Shown in pieces: positions 38,771 to 53,000 of a stretch of 64,000 nt of DNA (position 1 is the first letter of the stretch; each line of letters opens with the position of its first letter). The DNA is from Sphagnum compactum (taxonomy: Eukaryota): positions 9,910,213-9,974,212 of the forward strand of contig OZ234493.1 in assembly GCA_965153455.1 (NCBI GenBank). Direction: 5' to 3'. A program made the translations under genes and the position numbers. The notes beneath the pieces were generated by a model. The model was not told where the DNA came from, did no database searches, and saw only the letters and a program-made list of their open reading frames with translations.

Positions 38771-41700
38771 AAAGAGTAGCATAAGAGGACCTTCGCACAA
38801 AGATGGTCAAGAGCTCAAAAATAATGCAAGAAGACAAGCACACAAATGGTCAAGAGTTCAAGAGCAATGCAAGAGGATAAGCACAAAGGGCGCTAAAATT
38901 GGGGATCAACGTCGTAAGAGGACATGTACAAAGGGGGTCAAAAACTAGAGAGCAAACGAAGCTCAAGAGTTGAAGAGCAATTAGCTAATCCAAATGTTGA
39001 GAGCATAATCACAAGTGCATAGGCACATCTACAAGGGGATAAAAGTGCAAGAGGCACAACAAGAGCATCACTAGCAACACTACAAGGAATACAAGTGCAA
39101 GAAACGCAACATTTTGACCAGAGCTAGGGAAATTACATGCAAGAAGCACAAGCCAAACATCACTAGCAACATTATGAAGGAACACAAGCATAAGAAGTGC
39201 AATGTCTCGACTAGAACAAATGCAAGATAATGTGGGGAAATCAAGCACATGTGTCTACATGAATTCACAAACTCAAGGGGTGCTTCGAGCTACACTACAC
39301 TTGCACATGCATGAAACACCTAGCATTAGAGATGGTCAAAAACAATGTACAAAACTGAAACACAAAGAAGCATGGGCATTGAAGGGGGGAGAGGAGCTAG
39401 CCGCCATTGCCAAAGGATCTTTGCGAGAGTGCCTCTAAGCCTACAAGTAGGAAACGAGAAAAAACGGGAATTATGGGCTTTTGATTGTGGAGAGAAGAGA
39501 GGGTAGGGGGAATTGATTTTAGGGTTTTAGAGTGGCTACTTAATTAGGGTTTCCTAAACCTTTAGGGTTTGATAACTAAACATTTTTTTGCCCTTTTTGA
39601 GGTTTCAATTTGAACCATTTATTAAAAAGGATTGGTTTTTTCAACATTTGTGATCAGTTTAAGAATGTGCATGTTTAGTGATAAAATAGATTTTTGACAA
39701 GTGCCAATGTTAGAATGTTTTGTTATAGGACGTGCATTGTTTGAAAGTAGGGAAGCTTGTTGTTTGATGACTCTTGATTTTTTTTCAATGAGGTTGAGAC
39801 CTTCCAAAGCCCATAACTTTTGCATTTTAAGTCCAAATTGGGCGATTTAAAGCGCACTAGGTGCACCAGACCTACTCTACAATCCATCTTTGGACATCAA
39901 ATCCAACCAAAGTTTCATGAGATCGCCAAGAGTCTCTGTGTTCTTAAGTGTGCTATGACCGGCCTTTCTACCTTAGTTGTCCACATTACTCAGTTGAATT
40001 TGAAAAGTACTTTTATTATTTTAAATTTTGTTGGAACAATAGTGTTATTTGGTATGTCACCCTCTGTTTTCACCCCCTATACCTTCTTTTCGCAAAGTAA
40101 TGAAATGTTAAAAAATCTCCGTATGAAATGTTGTTAATGCACAAGGTTCGAGAGTAATTGTAGTACTTGTATAGGTAGGAAAGTGAAAATATATGTAAAA
40201 GTAATGGAGGTGCTCAAGAAAAAGGAAACATAAGAAAAAACTTAGTTTACTACCAAAATTGGTGGAAAACTAGTTTTTCGGTCCCAGTTATTTCATTTTG
40301 TAAAACTTTCATTCCTAGTTACACGTTTGATGCCCTATTATGCTAAAATTGGACGATCTCGCCCCCTGACTTCAACTTTAATGGGTTCAAACAAAGATAG
40401 ATGTGGGGGCAACTAAGATAGACATGGCCCATGCCACATGGGTGCAACTTGTCATGTACTTATTTAACAATATAATATATGTCCTAGTCATAAAAGGGTA
40501 CATTGACACTTATCTTTGAAAATTATTAAACAAGCCAATGGTCTTAAATTCCGCCAGTACAAAAGTATGCCATGTCATGAAGATGTCAGAAAACATCCCC
40601 CTCCACCCCCCCACCCCCCGCCCCAACCAAACACTTTTTTGGTCATCCAAAGGCCAAAGTGAACCAACACCCACAACCAGGATACCATGCTGAATGGATG
40701 GTCCCAATATTATATGTGCACATAGCCTAGTTGTTATTGGATTGCTTCATTCTTTCCTTTTGTGACCTTGGCCTGATCCAACTTTTCCTCCAAAAAGATG
40801 GATGATGCCTTGCCACATTTTGGACCCATGTGTTATGCACGTTTTGGGCTTGTAAAACAAAACCCAAAGTGGGTATAAGCAGCATCAAGATTTGTCCTAG
40901 CACCAGACACATCTTGGACGAGCAAAAGGGCAATGAAGGGAAACAATTTTCTATTGGCTTCCAATTCCTTAGTTAACCATTGTGGTTAACTAGCTGTTTT
41001 TTAAACTACCTAGTGGGTTGTTACTAGGTAGTGAGTAGAAATAACCTTTTCATATGTATAAACCATCGCCTTACCTAGTAGTCCCATAATTTCCTACCTA
41101 ACTTATATAGGGGACCTACTCTTATAGAATGGGTTTACACCATGGTGAAACCATATATTATCTTCTGTTGAGGTTCATGGGAAAATGAGGCATAACAAGC
41201 ATCTAGTGTATGGTGTGCTAGTGGGTGCTTGTTCATTCTACCCAAAAGACCCCTATTACTTGTTTGTGGCACAAATCGTAACAAGGCATACCATGCCACC
41301 CTCACCTTCCCATGCAATGACATGCCATCATGTTGTGCTACAACCCCCATATGTAACCTCCAGCAAGTTCAAAATCTCTCGCTCCTTATTGCCTACCTAC
41401 AAGGTTAAAAAGTGACCCTACTAAGCAAAAAAAACTACTTAGACATCTTTGGTTGTAATAGTAATCTTGGTGTTCAAGCACATGTTGTTATAAGCTCCAC
41501 ATTCTATATAGCAACATTGTTCAACAAGGAACTACTTTGTTAAAATTGTAAGATGTTTGCAAAGATTTGTGAGGATATTTCAACTTGCCACAAAGCTTGC
41601 ATTCATTTTGTCAACAATGATGTGTTAAGAAGTGTGCCCCAACCTTCTCTACGTTTTTAATCTTTAAACCATTTAGGTGTTGTTGGAAATGAGGCTTACT

Positions 41701-44700
41701 CTATCTTACTCATGCAACATTGTAGAATTTTAAAATTGTAATATAGTATTCTTCTTCAAAGACTTCTAACATGATAGTCTATCGTCACATAACTTGTTAT
41801 TCAAATTACATGTTCATGACAAAGTCATTTGTTAGAATATCTTGTGTAATCAAAAAAATGCCATTATCATGTATTATGGAATACAATAATAACACATTCT
41901 CATTTATTCTCCTTAACCAAATACCCTCATTACATATTGAATGTGAGAAGGAAACCCTTAAACATACTACCCAACTTTAAATGTTTATGGCAATTGTCAT
42001 TTTATGCAAGTTGTATTGGTCCATGCTTTTGTGACAAGTTATTGATATTGAGTATATTGGGAATTTGTTTTTAATAACTCACAAGTCTTCCATGTAACAA
42101 TCAAATAATAGTAGGCATATTTCTCATATGTATGTGCCAATTCTTTGGGTATTATGTGTTTTAATAACAATCAATCATAATTTCTTATACCTTGTGATTA
42201 GTGTATAGGTAAGATGCTTTGTGTAATGTCAATGGATACTACATTTTCTAACGGGTCACATAGCAATGTAATCATTAGTTGTTCATGTTGAGTCTTTATT
42301 TGAACCTCATTTGACATTTTTTCTATTTTTAACATGTTCCATGCAAATGTGAGATCCCAAATGTATAGTGTTAATGTGTGCATTCACAATTGGGGTACCA
42401 CAAATGGAACCATGATGCCCTTTTGTCATGTGTTTTGAATCTTGAAACAAAGATTTAGTAAATGTTTTGAGATGGTAAACAATGAAAGGGGTATATGTAT
42501 GTTAGGCTTTCAACCAATAAGTGTTATAATGAATGATTCAAATCAATTGGACCAATTTTGAATGTCGTATTCAAGTATAAACCAAAAAAGAATGTAAAAC
42601 TACATGACATTTTTAGAAATGATATACTCTCATTTAGAGTGCTAAAACCTTATTAAAAACATTAAATAATGTCTTTTTTTTTGCACTTATGTCTCCTATA
42701 CTTCTTTTCAAACCTTTGGAATGTAATTTTGTACTTAACAAAATTAATTTGATTATCCTTATTAATGCAATCTTTTTTATGAAAAAAGTTCACAAAATTT
42801 GATGATTTATCATACTCAAAATTTATGCCATCATATAGAATATATTTTATTAAATCTATGGTTAAAATATGGAACAATTTGAATAAATATTGTCAGTCTT
42901 ATTAAGTCATTTTCAATAGTCCTTCATAGTGATACACGATTCCTAAACAATCTTTTAGGACACTTAAAGACATGTTCTAATCATCCAAATCACAAAAAAT
43001 CACCACCATTTTAATAAAGAAGTATGTGAATATCTAATGAAAAGAAATCTACCAAATAAATTATTTTGTAAATGTAATGGTCATTCAAAGTAGTGTCTTG
43101 AAATTGATTTTGGGGCGAGACATTCCTTTTGTGTACCCCAACCTTGAATGGATCCTAACATGTCTCATGGTCTCTTACTATCATTTGTTATTATGTGCTT
43201 GATAATTTGCATGCATTCTTAATTATTGTTCTGTCCCATTCACGTTGGTTACAATACATGTCTAATAAGTGAACTTTTGTTTTTGAAAATAGGGTACATG
43301 CATTGTTCAATGGCACAAGTGTGTGTAAGTGGAGCAACAAAAATATGTGAAGAAAAAGGAAGCATGAAAGCAAATGAATAGGAGAAGGAAAGTGAAGAGA
43401 AGAGAAGGACAATAGTAGTTAGGATGAAATGAAAGTTGGAAGGAATAAGATTGTCTATTTTTTTGTTGTTTAATTCATTGGGCCTTGACTTTGGTGGTCT
43501 AGTGTGTTGTTTCCACCTTAAGGACAAGGTGAATGATTCAAATCCAAGGAAGAATGAGGGGATAGTGGAAAAGTTCAAAAAAAACAAATTGACCAAATTT
43601 GAAATTTGGTTTTTTCTTTTCAATTACATTTGCGATGAAAATCCCAAGGTTACATTTATGGGTAACAACTAGCAACTTCACCATGTAATAGCACTTGGAA
43701 TTCTCCAAAATTAAAAAGTTATATTTATTATGGTGACAACCATTATGGAAGCATGTTACAAATAGATATATTGTATGACTTGGGAACCCAAAAATGGTGA
43801 ATTTTTTAATCGTTTGCTCTTAAATGCTTCTACATTTCCTAATGACCTCATGTGTCATTATGTGCTACAAATAAATTCCTTCTAACTAATATCAAATATA
43901 AATCCAACCTTAGGTTCTTTATAAATCATGTGGACATGAACATCTATATGCATGGACACTATATTGCACAATATTGAATGCACCAATAATTTTTTCGAAA
44001 CCATCAAAAGTTTTCATTTTAAGATATTCTAATTGTTCATCAATTTTAATCAAATGTTGTTAATCTTAATTCACACGTGGAATTTTGTGCCGCCTTTGCC
44101 TCCATTTACATGTTTCCATCACCTTAACAAATTGTTTTCCTTACTTATTGATGTGTGCAACAAGGTTACCACTATTGGAGAAATTTTTTTATAACAATTT
44201 TATTTCTTAGGTTAGTTAAATTAAATTACGGCATGAATATCTTATCTTCACTTAGGTCAGTTAAGTATGTTAGATTTCCAGTACATCGCAAACATTAGGA
44301 ATGGGGGGGACAAGATTTTCTACTAGAACTTGCACACCAAAGAAATATTTAAACTTGAAGTTGTTTGGCAACATTGGAGGAACCATGGCAAAAACTAGCA
44401 AGTGCATGTTAGCAAATGAAGACAATGCACACCAACAAGTGCAGACAGTGCACATGTTGCCAATAACAATGTGCAAATTCAATGTTTGATAATTTGAAAA
44501 TGTTTTTTGGTTTAGGACCAAAAAACTTACCGTAAGGTTTAAACACTTGAACAAATTGTTGATTCACCAGCAATTTGCGCAACTTGCAAATGCAAAATGC
44601 ACATTAGCAAGTGCACACTCGAAAATGCAAACAACAAAGTGCATAGTGCACATTACGAACTTGGTGAATTAAACCCTAACTTGAAAATGTTTTGTGGTTT

Positions 44701-44705
44701 AGGAC

Positions 44706-45509
44706 TGTCATGCCCATATGCATGGCCTTATACATGACGGCCGCTTACGGGCATGCCAATCATGCCTTTTAAGGTTAATGTATGCTCTTAGGGTTAATGT
44801 ACATTTTTAGGTTATTGTATGCTATTAGGTGTTTTAGGGTTTCAGCTTGTTGGCAGCTGTATAAAAGGCGAAGCTTTTCCCTATTCCAATTAGGTTTTCT
44901 AGAATTCTTTTGTCAAGGAGAGTTTCCTCCATAATCAAACTGGATTCTTAAATGTTCATGGCGGTTATTACCTGGCCATCGTTTACATACATTACGTTTT
45001 CTTTCCTTCTTTTCAATTTAATTCTAGGAAAATTGCTCTTTGTTGCTTAATGTTGAAAGCGGTAGATTTATTTTGGTTTTGAGTTTCTTGGGTTTCTTTT
45101 GCTACTGGTGTTGATGTTGTTGTTGTCGCTGCTACTTTTCCTTTCTTGTGTTCCTGTTGTAGCTGCAGTACAAGCGTAGAAAAAGAAGGAGAACTAGCAG
45201 CAGCGTATGCGCTGTCTGCTCTTCCACAATCAGAGCAACTCCAATAGCAAACTCGGCTGCTCCTCCTCTTGCCATGGCTCTAGCAAGGGTGAAGGTAGCG
45301 ACTAAGACGCTAAGCACCTTTTGGTCCTTATCCTCTTCCTGCAACTACAACTCCTTGCTGTTGGGTGAGTAAGCTCGGGAATTTGTTGAAGTCAGACTCT
45401 CGCATTGTTACTCGCGGGAGAGCTAATCCAGTGCTGCTGTTGCAGCTATGACAACGACAAGGATGTTTCAATGGATGCAGCGCTGAGACCGTAGCAACTG
45501 GTGACAACA
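44706..45509 (+). mobile_element. LTR-like segment (TG...CA), possibly the 5' LTR of the Gag-PR-DNMT element or a solo LTR
   Basis: Abrupt start TGTCATGCCC interrupts a local repeat; TATA-like GTATAAAAG at ~44859; ends GTGACAACA followed shortly by TGGTGCG (PBS-like). No second copy in the window. Confidence 0.4.
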
Positions 45510-46145
45510 TTTTGTTGGTGCGTTCTCCTCCTTCCTATGGCTGACCTTTTATCCCCTCTCTCGTGCGCTAGTGGACGTTATGTGGATCATCATCTGTTGT
45601 GCACAGGAGGAGGCAAAGGAAGCCTTGAAGACTCTCGAAGACCGCAAGGCCAAATGCAGTGTTAAGCAAGAAGAAGAAAAAAAAAATTTAAATCTTTTGC
45701 ACGCCATCGCTGCAAAACTCCTGGGTGATTTGTAGCGCGGCGTCCGTTGCGTCGTCGCCCGCCATCGCTACAGAGCCTTTGGGCGATCTGCAGCATTGCG
45801 AGTTGCAGCGCAACGTCCGTCGCATCACCGCCTGCCATCGCTGTAGAGCTCCCGAGCAATTTGCAACGGTACGTCCACAACAACGCATCTATCGAGTCGC
45901 TATCCTCGCATCGTCGGCCGTTGCAATCACCGGCCATCACAGTTGATGTCAATAAGACTTCCGTCCGACTTTCATTCGACATCTGTTCGTTCGGTTCCAT
46001 CCGTCCGACCCTTTCCATCCACCGATGTCCGTCCATCGCCGTTCATCCTCGTCAACGCACCGTATTCTTCAAACCGTACGTTGTGCTAGAACTTTATAGC
46101 TAGTGCTCTGTATTGTTACAATTTTTTGAGGCATGGGACAACACC

Positions 46146-47680
46146 ATGTCCTCGGATGATGAGAGCACTACTGCTCAGCCAGAGCCAAGGTATCAGCTAT
46201 GAAGCAACACACAATCATTCGAGCCGATTTCTTTGAGCTCATGATCTTCACGACAATACCATCAAACGTTTACAATGCCACCGTCATCCAGTACAACTCC
46301 TACCAGGAATTCAGGTTCAGGTTACACTACATCAACAGTATATCAGAGTCCATTTGGAGGGGTTAATCAATGGGGTACGCCTGTTGCCGCACCAACTTTC
46401 ACACCATCACTGTACATTTCGCTGCAAGCCATTACCTCTACACCCATATACACCATGGAGGTCAGGAGTTCTTTTGGGAGAATGGAGAAATTCAACAGAA
46501 ATCCAGGTACCATTTCTTTAAAGGCGTTCAAGGCAACTTTCTCAACTGTAATTTGTGAATTAGAAGCTCAAGTATGGTGCTAATTACACCGAGGCGTTCG
46601 CATTCAAACAATTAGCCCGTTATGTGCACTATGAGGCATTGGATGTCAACAAGCAACATTCTCCGAAGATTTTGGGTGTCACCCAGATCCCTAATCCAGC
46701 TTATGCCACAGCCATCGCCACCGCCTCTCAAGCTGCACTATAAATTGCCATTGCACATCATGGGACTATGCCCAATAATCTAGATCCAATACCTACTTTT
46801 GTAAACCTTTCTCTTCAACAATTCATTGTTGCCACCGCAAACATTCCTCCCGCCATCAATGCACCAACTTTTGCTGATCCAGTGGGGGAATTCTTTCGAG
46901 TTCTTGAGCTGGAATTTCCGGTTAAGAGTTCTGAAAAAATTCTACTACTCGCCACCTTCTCTCGGCAAAAGGATGAAAGCCTCAAGATGCTCTACAAGAG
47001 GCTTCTCAAGCTTAAAGAGGATACTCAGAGCATCACAGACCTGGAAGCTGCCCATCGGTATCTTCGTTTGTTGGAAGGTACTCCGACATTCCATGCGCAG
47101 GTTTTGCAATAAGTTTTTGCAAAATTTGGAGACTCATACACTTTGTTGGATGTGCATTTCTAAAAAGCTAGAACTGGCTCATGCACACTATGAAGCCAGT
47201 ACTATGAGGCCTCCATCACGTTCAAGGCTTCAGCCTCCACCAGTTATGCCAACTAAATCATTGCATTCTTCTTCAAGGGCTAAAACAGTGCACTCGGTTG
47301 CACCCATCCTACCTTCTTGCAACTACTGTGGCAATCCTGCCCACAAAGCTAGTGAGTGCAACATTCCTTCCAAGGACCTCTTTTGTGATTATTGTGGGAA
47401 AGAAGGACATTAGGAAGCTGTTTGTTTTGCCAAGTTCCCGGAACGGAAGCAACTCCGATTACCATGGCAAAATCTGCCAACATCTTCCGCTGCCCTTCAA
47501 CCAAAAGCCAAGGCACCTCAGCCTTCCACTCAGGCTTTCCCCACCAAAGGTAATTCCAGTAAGAACGCTAAGAAGAAGGAGCACAATGTTGACAAGAAGG
47601 AGGTGCTTCAAGCCCATGCCACTCAAATTCAAACTCTACAAAATGAACTTGAATCATTGAGGGCCCAACTGGCTAAGGCA
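46146..47680 (+). pseudogene. gag: Gag-like protein with two CCHC zinc knuckles
   Basis: FSRQKDESLKMLYKRLLKL (retrotransposon gag-like motif); CNYCGNPAHKASEC; CDYCGKEGH*EAVC. Several stops and frameshifts. Confidence 0.8.
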
Positions 47681-48293
47681 AGTCTTCCCAACCAACTAGT
47701 CATGCCCAACCTGTCAGGGTTCAGGATCATGGGAGGGACCTCTTAGGTCGTTCTATGGCCTCTCACATGATGCCATGGTTGAGGAGTATGTTCTTTCCAG
47801 TGCACACAATTCTAGTCTCACACCAGAATTTGCCACTTTTTTTTGCCCTTCCTACTTCACGGCATAAGAGGCTAGTGTGGCACCCAGAGTTTCTGAAACT
47901 AGGCAGGTAATTCAGATTGGTGGACTCGCATTTGGTTCAAGTCCTATTACCAGGGCTAGAGGAGCTCGAGCAGTCATGCCACAATCTTTTTATCTTCTCA
48001 ACACGGGAAAAAAACGCACCTTGTTGGCGAGGGGGGAAAAAACTATTACACCACAAGTTGCTAGGGCATCAAATTTTTGTGTCCCAAGAGTACATGTACA
48101 TCAGGAAAACACACAATTTTCCACTGATCAGCTTATGGAATGCCAACTCCATATGCGTGAAGTGCCACAAAAGCTTGTGAGTACACTGTTGTTTAGTTTT
48201 CAAGATTTGAAGCCAAGCACCAAGGACATAATTGCAATATGAAAGGATACCCTAAACACTACATCAAGTCCTCTACCAATCCCTAATCCACAT

Positions 48294-49235
48294 TGTCGCG
48301 CTCCCAAGTTCCGGGTAGACCCACTTGAGGGTCTAGGTATATGGCAATGCGGAAGGAGTTGGAACTTGGAGCACGATCCCGACTTCCAGCACTAGAGGGG
48401 GGGGTAAGAGGGGCGTGCTAGAAGTCCCGGGAAAGACTAGGAAGAGTTGACAAGCTTTACTCACTCACACGGGCCTGCATGAAACCACACAAAGTGGTTA
48501 GAATTCATTCTGGGTCCTTTTGGTGTTGGGACAACCACGGGTGAACTCGGACTCACTTTGACACACCACACCCCGGGCTCGGGAGTAAGCCACCACCTTA
48601 CTCCCTATAGTATACTCTGTGACTCGTCGCGGGGGTGGCATCCAAATGGCCTTTTTGTCCCGGGACTCCCGTGTGGGAGTCCCGAAATCGCGCAACTTTC
48701 GACTCTCGCAACTTTGAAGCCTCATAACTTTCGGAGCAGACCTCCGATTGAGTTGTCATTCAAAGCAAAGTTGTAGGTCTCGTCAAGACCTTTTGAACGG
48801 TATGTCGCACGTTTTCTGCAGCCAAGTATTTCGGGTCGATTCCCGACTTTTAGTGGTCGGGAGTCAAAACTGGCGGACTCCCGGGAGTTCGACTCCCGGG
48901 CCTTCTTTTGGCCATATCTTGTGTTTTAGATGTCCAAATGAGCAATGCGAGCCCATTTTAGACATCTACACTTCAAGAGCTTTCCATTGATATAATGAAC
49001 ACAACAAGCCATTGAGTTTTGACCCCTCAAAACGATCTCTGAAGTTTTGGGAGTCCTTTTGGGACTCCACTCTCACCAACTCCCAACATGGGAGTTCACT
49101 TGGGAGTGTGAGGGTTCACTCCCTCACACTCTTTGCACTCCCGGGAGCATGTGATATGACTCTCGGGTTTACTTATAGGCCCGCACACTTGCGACCCCCT
49201 TGCCTTGGTCGCGAGCCAAGGCTAGGGTTGCGACA
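48294..49235 (-). repeat. 3' LTR of the gypsy element
   Basis: Direct repeat of 54572-55513 with about 13 substitutions by manual comparison. Confidence 0.97.
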
Positions 49236-49247
49236 CTCTCCCCCACT
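49236..49247 (-). promoter_or_regulatory. Polypurine tract
   Basis: AGTGGGGGAGAG on minus, immediately before the 3' LTR. Confidence 0.9.
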
Positions 49248-50028
49248 AGAAGAAGAGGTCAATGTCCTCATTGACACTTAGAATTTATTTCTTCAATGCA
49301 ATTGCTTTTCTTTGGATCCTTGGCCATCAAATGCCGACTCCTTGCGGCTTGGACCTTATCTCAAGCTAACTTAGGCGTCCCCAAGCTTCCAACACTCTCT
49401 TGACAAGTCCAAGAGGGTCTCATAAAAAACCCTCTTCCAATGCTTCGTCAAAAGACCTAAACTAGCCTAATTGACGAAGCCCTCATTTGGGAAGCACTTT
49501 CCATCCTTCCCCTCATGAGGAACTCAAGTCAAGTCTAATCTTGACCTAAGCTACTTGACATGACTCCTTTCCCAATCTCGCACCTCGGTCACAACAACCA
49601 AGCCTTAACAAAAAGGTATGCCTATCAAGGTACGAGAAGCAACGTTTAGGCTTTGCAAAGGCCTAAGTCCCAAGCTACGCGATTATAGTACGCGAACGGG
49701 GTCATGACTTCCCACGTTGGCCGCCACTACCAACCAACCCTTCGGGATGCACTTTGGGCATGTGCACGTCCCCGCAAGCTCACCTTGCTTGCCTCCTCTT
49801 TTGGGACCAAGATTTCTCTTAGCCCCCAAGTAGGAGTCCGATTTTGATTTGGGCTTACGCAAGAAAGTTCCATTTGTCCATGCCATTTGACAACCCCTTT
49901 TCTATCATACTCACTTATGTTTGTGATGCAATCTCTTAGAAGTTTTAAAATTTAGCCTTTATTTCACTTGCAACTTGATGTGGTACATTTATGTAACTTT
50001 CCGCCCCACTAAAAGAAAGGTGATGTCC

Positions 50029-53000
50029 TCATCTCGCTCTATGTTTCCTTTGCCTCTTTGCCGGTCTATTGTGGAATTCTTCTATGGCTTCTTGGGCATG
50101 TTCCATATCGGACTCATTCACCCAAGATGCCTCTATGGGATGGTAACCTTTCCACTTGACCAAGTACTCCCGCTCTCGCCCCCTTAATTGCCTTGACTTG
50201 AGCACGGCTTCCACTTCAAACTCGGGTTCATTGTGAACCAAGTCCGAAGGGGGCCTTGAGTTGTGCTCTCGATCGGGCCTTGAGGCATCACGGGCGACCG
50301 GCTTCAAAAGCGAAACATGAAATATGGGATGAACCTTAAGATTTTCCGGTAGTTCTAATTTGTAAGTGTCGGGAAATTTCTTTTCCAACACTTTGAATGG
50401 ACCCGCATATGGGCCCAAGAACTTATGGCTCAATCCTTCGGGCAACCGAAAGTTCTTGATGTTCAACCATACTTCATCCCCTTCTTCAAAATTCACCTTT
50501 CGACGGGACTTGTCCGCAAAACTCTTGTACCTTTTATGCGCCTTCTCAAGATTGGCCTTGGCCATCTCCCACAAGCGCCGCCTTTCTTCATCAAGTTGTG
50601 TGACCATGGGCACTTCCTCACTTGCATCACTTGGGGGTTGCCCAACCCAAGTTGTGGGCACAATTGGTGACTTGCCCGTCACCATTTGAAATGGGGTGGC
50701 CCCCGTTGCCGAATGCTCCGAATTGTTGTAACAAAATTCGGCCAACTCCAAATGGTCCACCCAATCTTGTTGATTCGCCGCCACATAATTCCTTAGGAAT
50801 TGTTGGATCACCAAGTTCACCCTCTCGGTTTGTCCATCCGTTTGGGGCCGAAAGGAAGTGCTCATCTTGAGCTCAGACCCCATGCGTTTCCACAAGGCTC
50901 TCCAAAACTTGCTTGTGAACTTGGGGTCTCGGTCCGACACAATGTCCTTTGGGAGGCCATGATGCTTGAACACGTGGGTGAAGAACAACCTTCCCGTCTC
51001 TTGGGCCGTGGCACTATCCTTGGTAGGAATGAAATGTGCCATCTTGCTAAACCGATCCACCACCACCATGATCGCATCAAACCCCTTTGATGGTGGCAAA
51101 CTCACCATGAAATCCATGGAGACACTTTCCCACGGCCCTTCCAGAATGGGTAATGGTCGTAACAATCCCGCTTGCTTTTTATTGAGTGCCCGGTTTTGTT
51201 GGCAAGTCAAGCAAGTCTTCACGTATTCCTCCGCATCCTCCTTCAAGTTGGGCCAATAATAGGACTTCTTGAGGAATGTGGTGGTGCGCTTTGCACCACC
51301 GTGACCCGCAAGGGGCCCATCATGGCATTCCTTCAAAAGCACATCTCTTAGCCTCCCTTTTGGAACATAGAGCCGACTTTGCTTATACCACAAAAGTCCA
51401 TCTCGCAAGTGGAAGTGGGACTTGATCCCCTTTGAATGTCTTGCTTCCTTTCCTTGGCAAATTCATCCCGGCGGCTCCCAAGTCGAACATCCTTTTGGAA
51501 CTTTGTTTCCCCCACATACACCACTTTGAGTTGGTGTTTCCGACTCAATGCATCCGACACCACATTTTCCTTCTCGGGCTTATGCCGAATGTCCACATTG
51601 AACAAAGCCAATGTGTCTTGCCATCTCACTTGCTTTGATGACAACTTTGGTTGAGTTACAAAGTACTTCAAGGTGACATTGTCGGTCCACACAACCACGT
51701 CCTTGGAGCCTATGTAATGGCCCCAAGTCTTGAGACAATGGATGACGGCCCACATTTCCTTCTCATGGGTTGGCCACCTTCGCTCCGTCTCACTTAGCTT
51801 CTTGCTTTCAAAGGCCACCGGCCTTCCATCTTGCACTAGGACTCCTCCTATGGCAAAGTCGGACGCATCGGAATGGATCTCAAAGTCCTTGTCAAAATTC
51901 GGCAACTTCAACACGGGCGCCTTCACCAAAATGCCCTTAAAGGTTTCAAAGGCCTCATTGCATGCCTCTTCCCATTCATAAGTTCCGGATGACTTCTTCA
52001 AAAGGTTTGTCAAAGGTGCGACTATCTTTGCAAAGTTCTTGATGAACTTGCGATAATAGGATGCCAATCTTAAAAAGGACCTTAAGGCGGGAACCGACCT
52101 AGGCGGTTCCCAATCCAAGATTGCCTTCACCTTATGGTCATCCATTTTCAAACCTTCTTGGGTGATCCTATGCCCAAGGAAGTCCACCTCCGAGACTCCA
52201 AACTCGCACTTCTCAAACTTAGCATACAACTTGTTTTCTCTCAACCTTTGGAACACCTTTCGAAGGTGTTCCGCATGCTCCTCCATGGAGTTGCTATAAA
52301 CCAAAATGTCATCTATGTAGACGACCACAAAGTCATCCAGCCACTCTCGGAAAATGTCATTCATGAGGGTGCAAAATGTGGCGGGTGCGTTGGTGAGCCC
52401 AAAAGGCATCACCAAGAACTCGTAGGAACCATACCTCGTGCGGCAAGCGGTTTTCTCTTCATCTCCTTGTGCAATTCGAATTTGGTAATACCCGGAACGT
52501 AGGTCAATCCTACTAAACACTTTGGATCCCGAAAGCCGATCAAACAAGTCATCAATCCGAGGCAATGGATACCGATTCTTCACCGTCACCTTGTTGAGGG
52601 CTCTATAATCTACGCACATCCTCAAAGTCCCGTCCTTCTTGTGGACAAAAAGGACGGGCGCCCCATATGGTGACTTGCTAGGCTTGATGTATCCCTTCGC
52701 GAGGAGTTCTTCGAGTTGAACCTTGAGCTCTTTTAACTCCCCATGACTCATTCGATACGGGGCCTTGGCGGGAGGTGCCGCTCCCGGGACCACCTCAATG
52801 GCATGGTCCACTTGTCTTCTTGGGGGCAACTCATCAGGCAACTCTTCGGGCATCACATCCGGGAATTCCTCTAACACTTGCTTGATGCACTTGTGGGGGC
52901 TCACCACCTTGGTGGCTTCCTTTGGTTCAAACTCATCCAACACCCGCATCACACATAACATGCTATGGCCTCCCCCACATTCTTTTTCCAAGTTCTTTCC

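Noticed and set aside
40950-44700. Coding region or defined element
   Set aside because: Repeat-like with short reiterated motifs, but no supportable termini or protein motifs.
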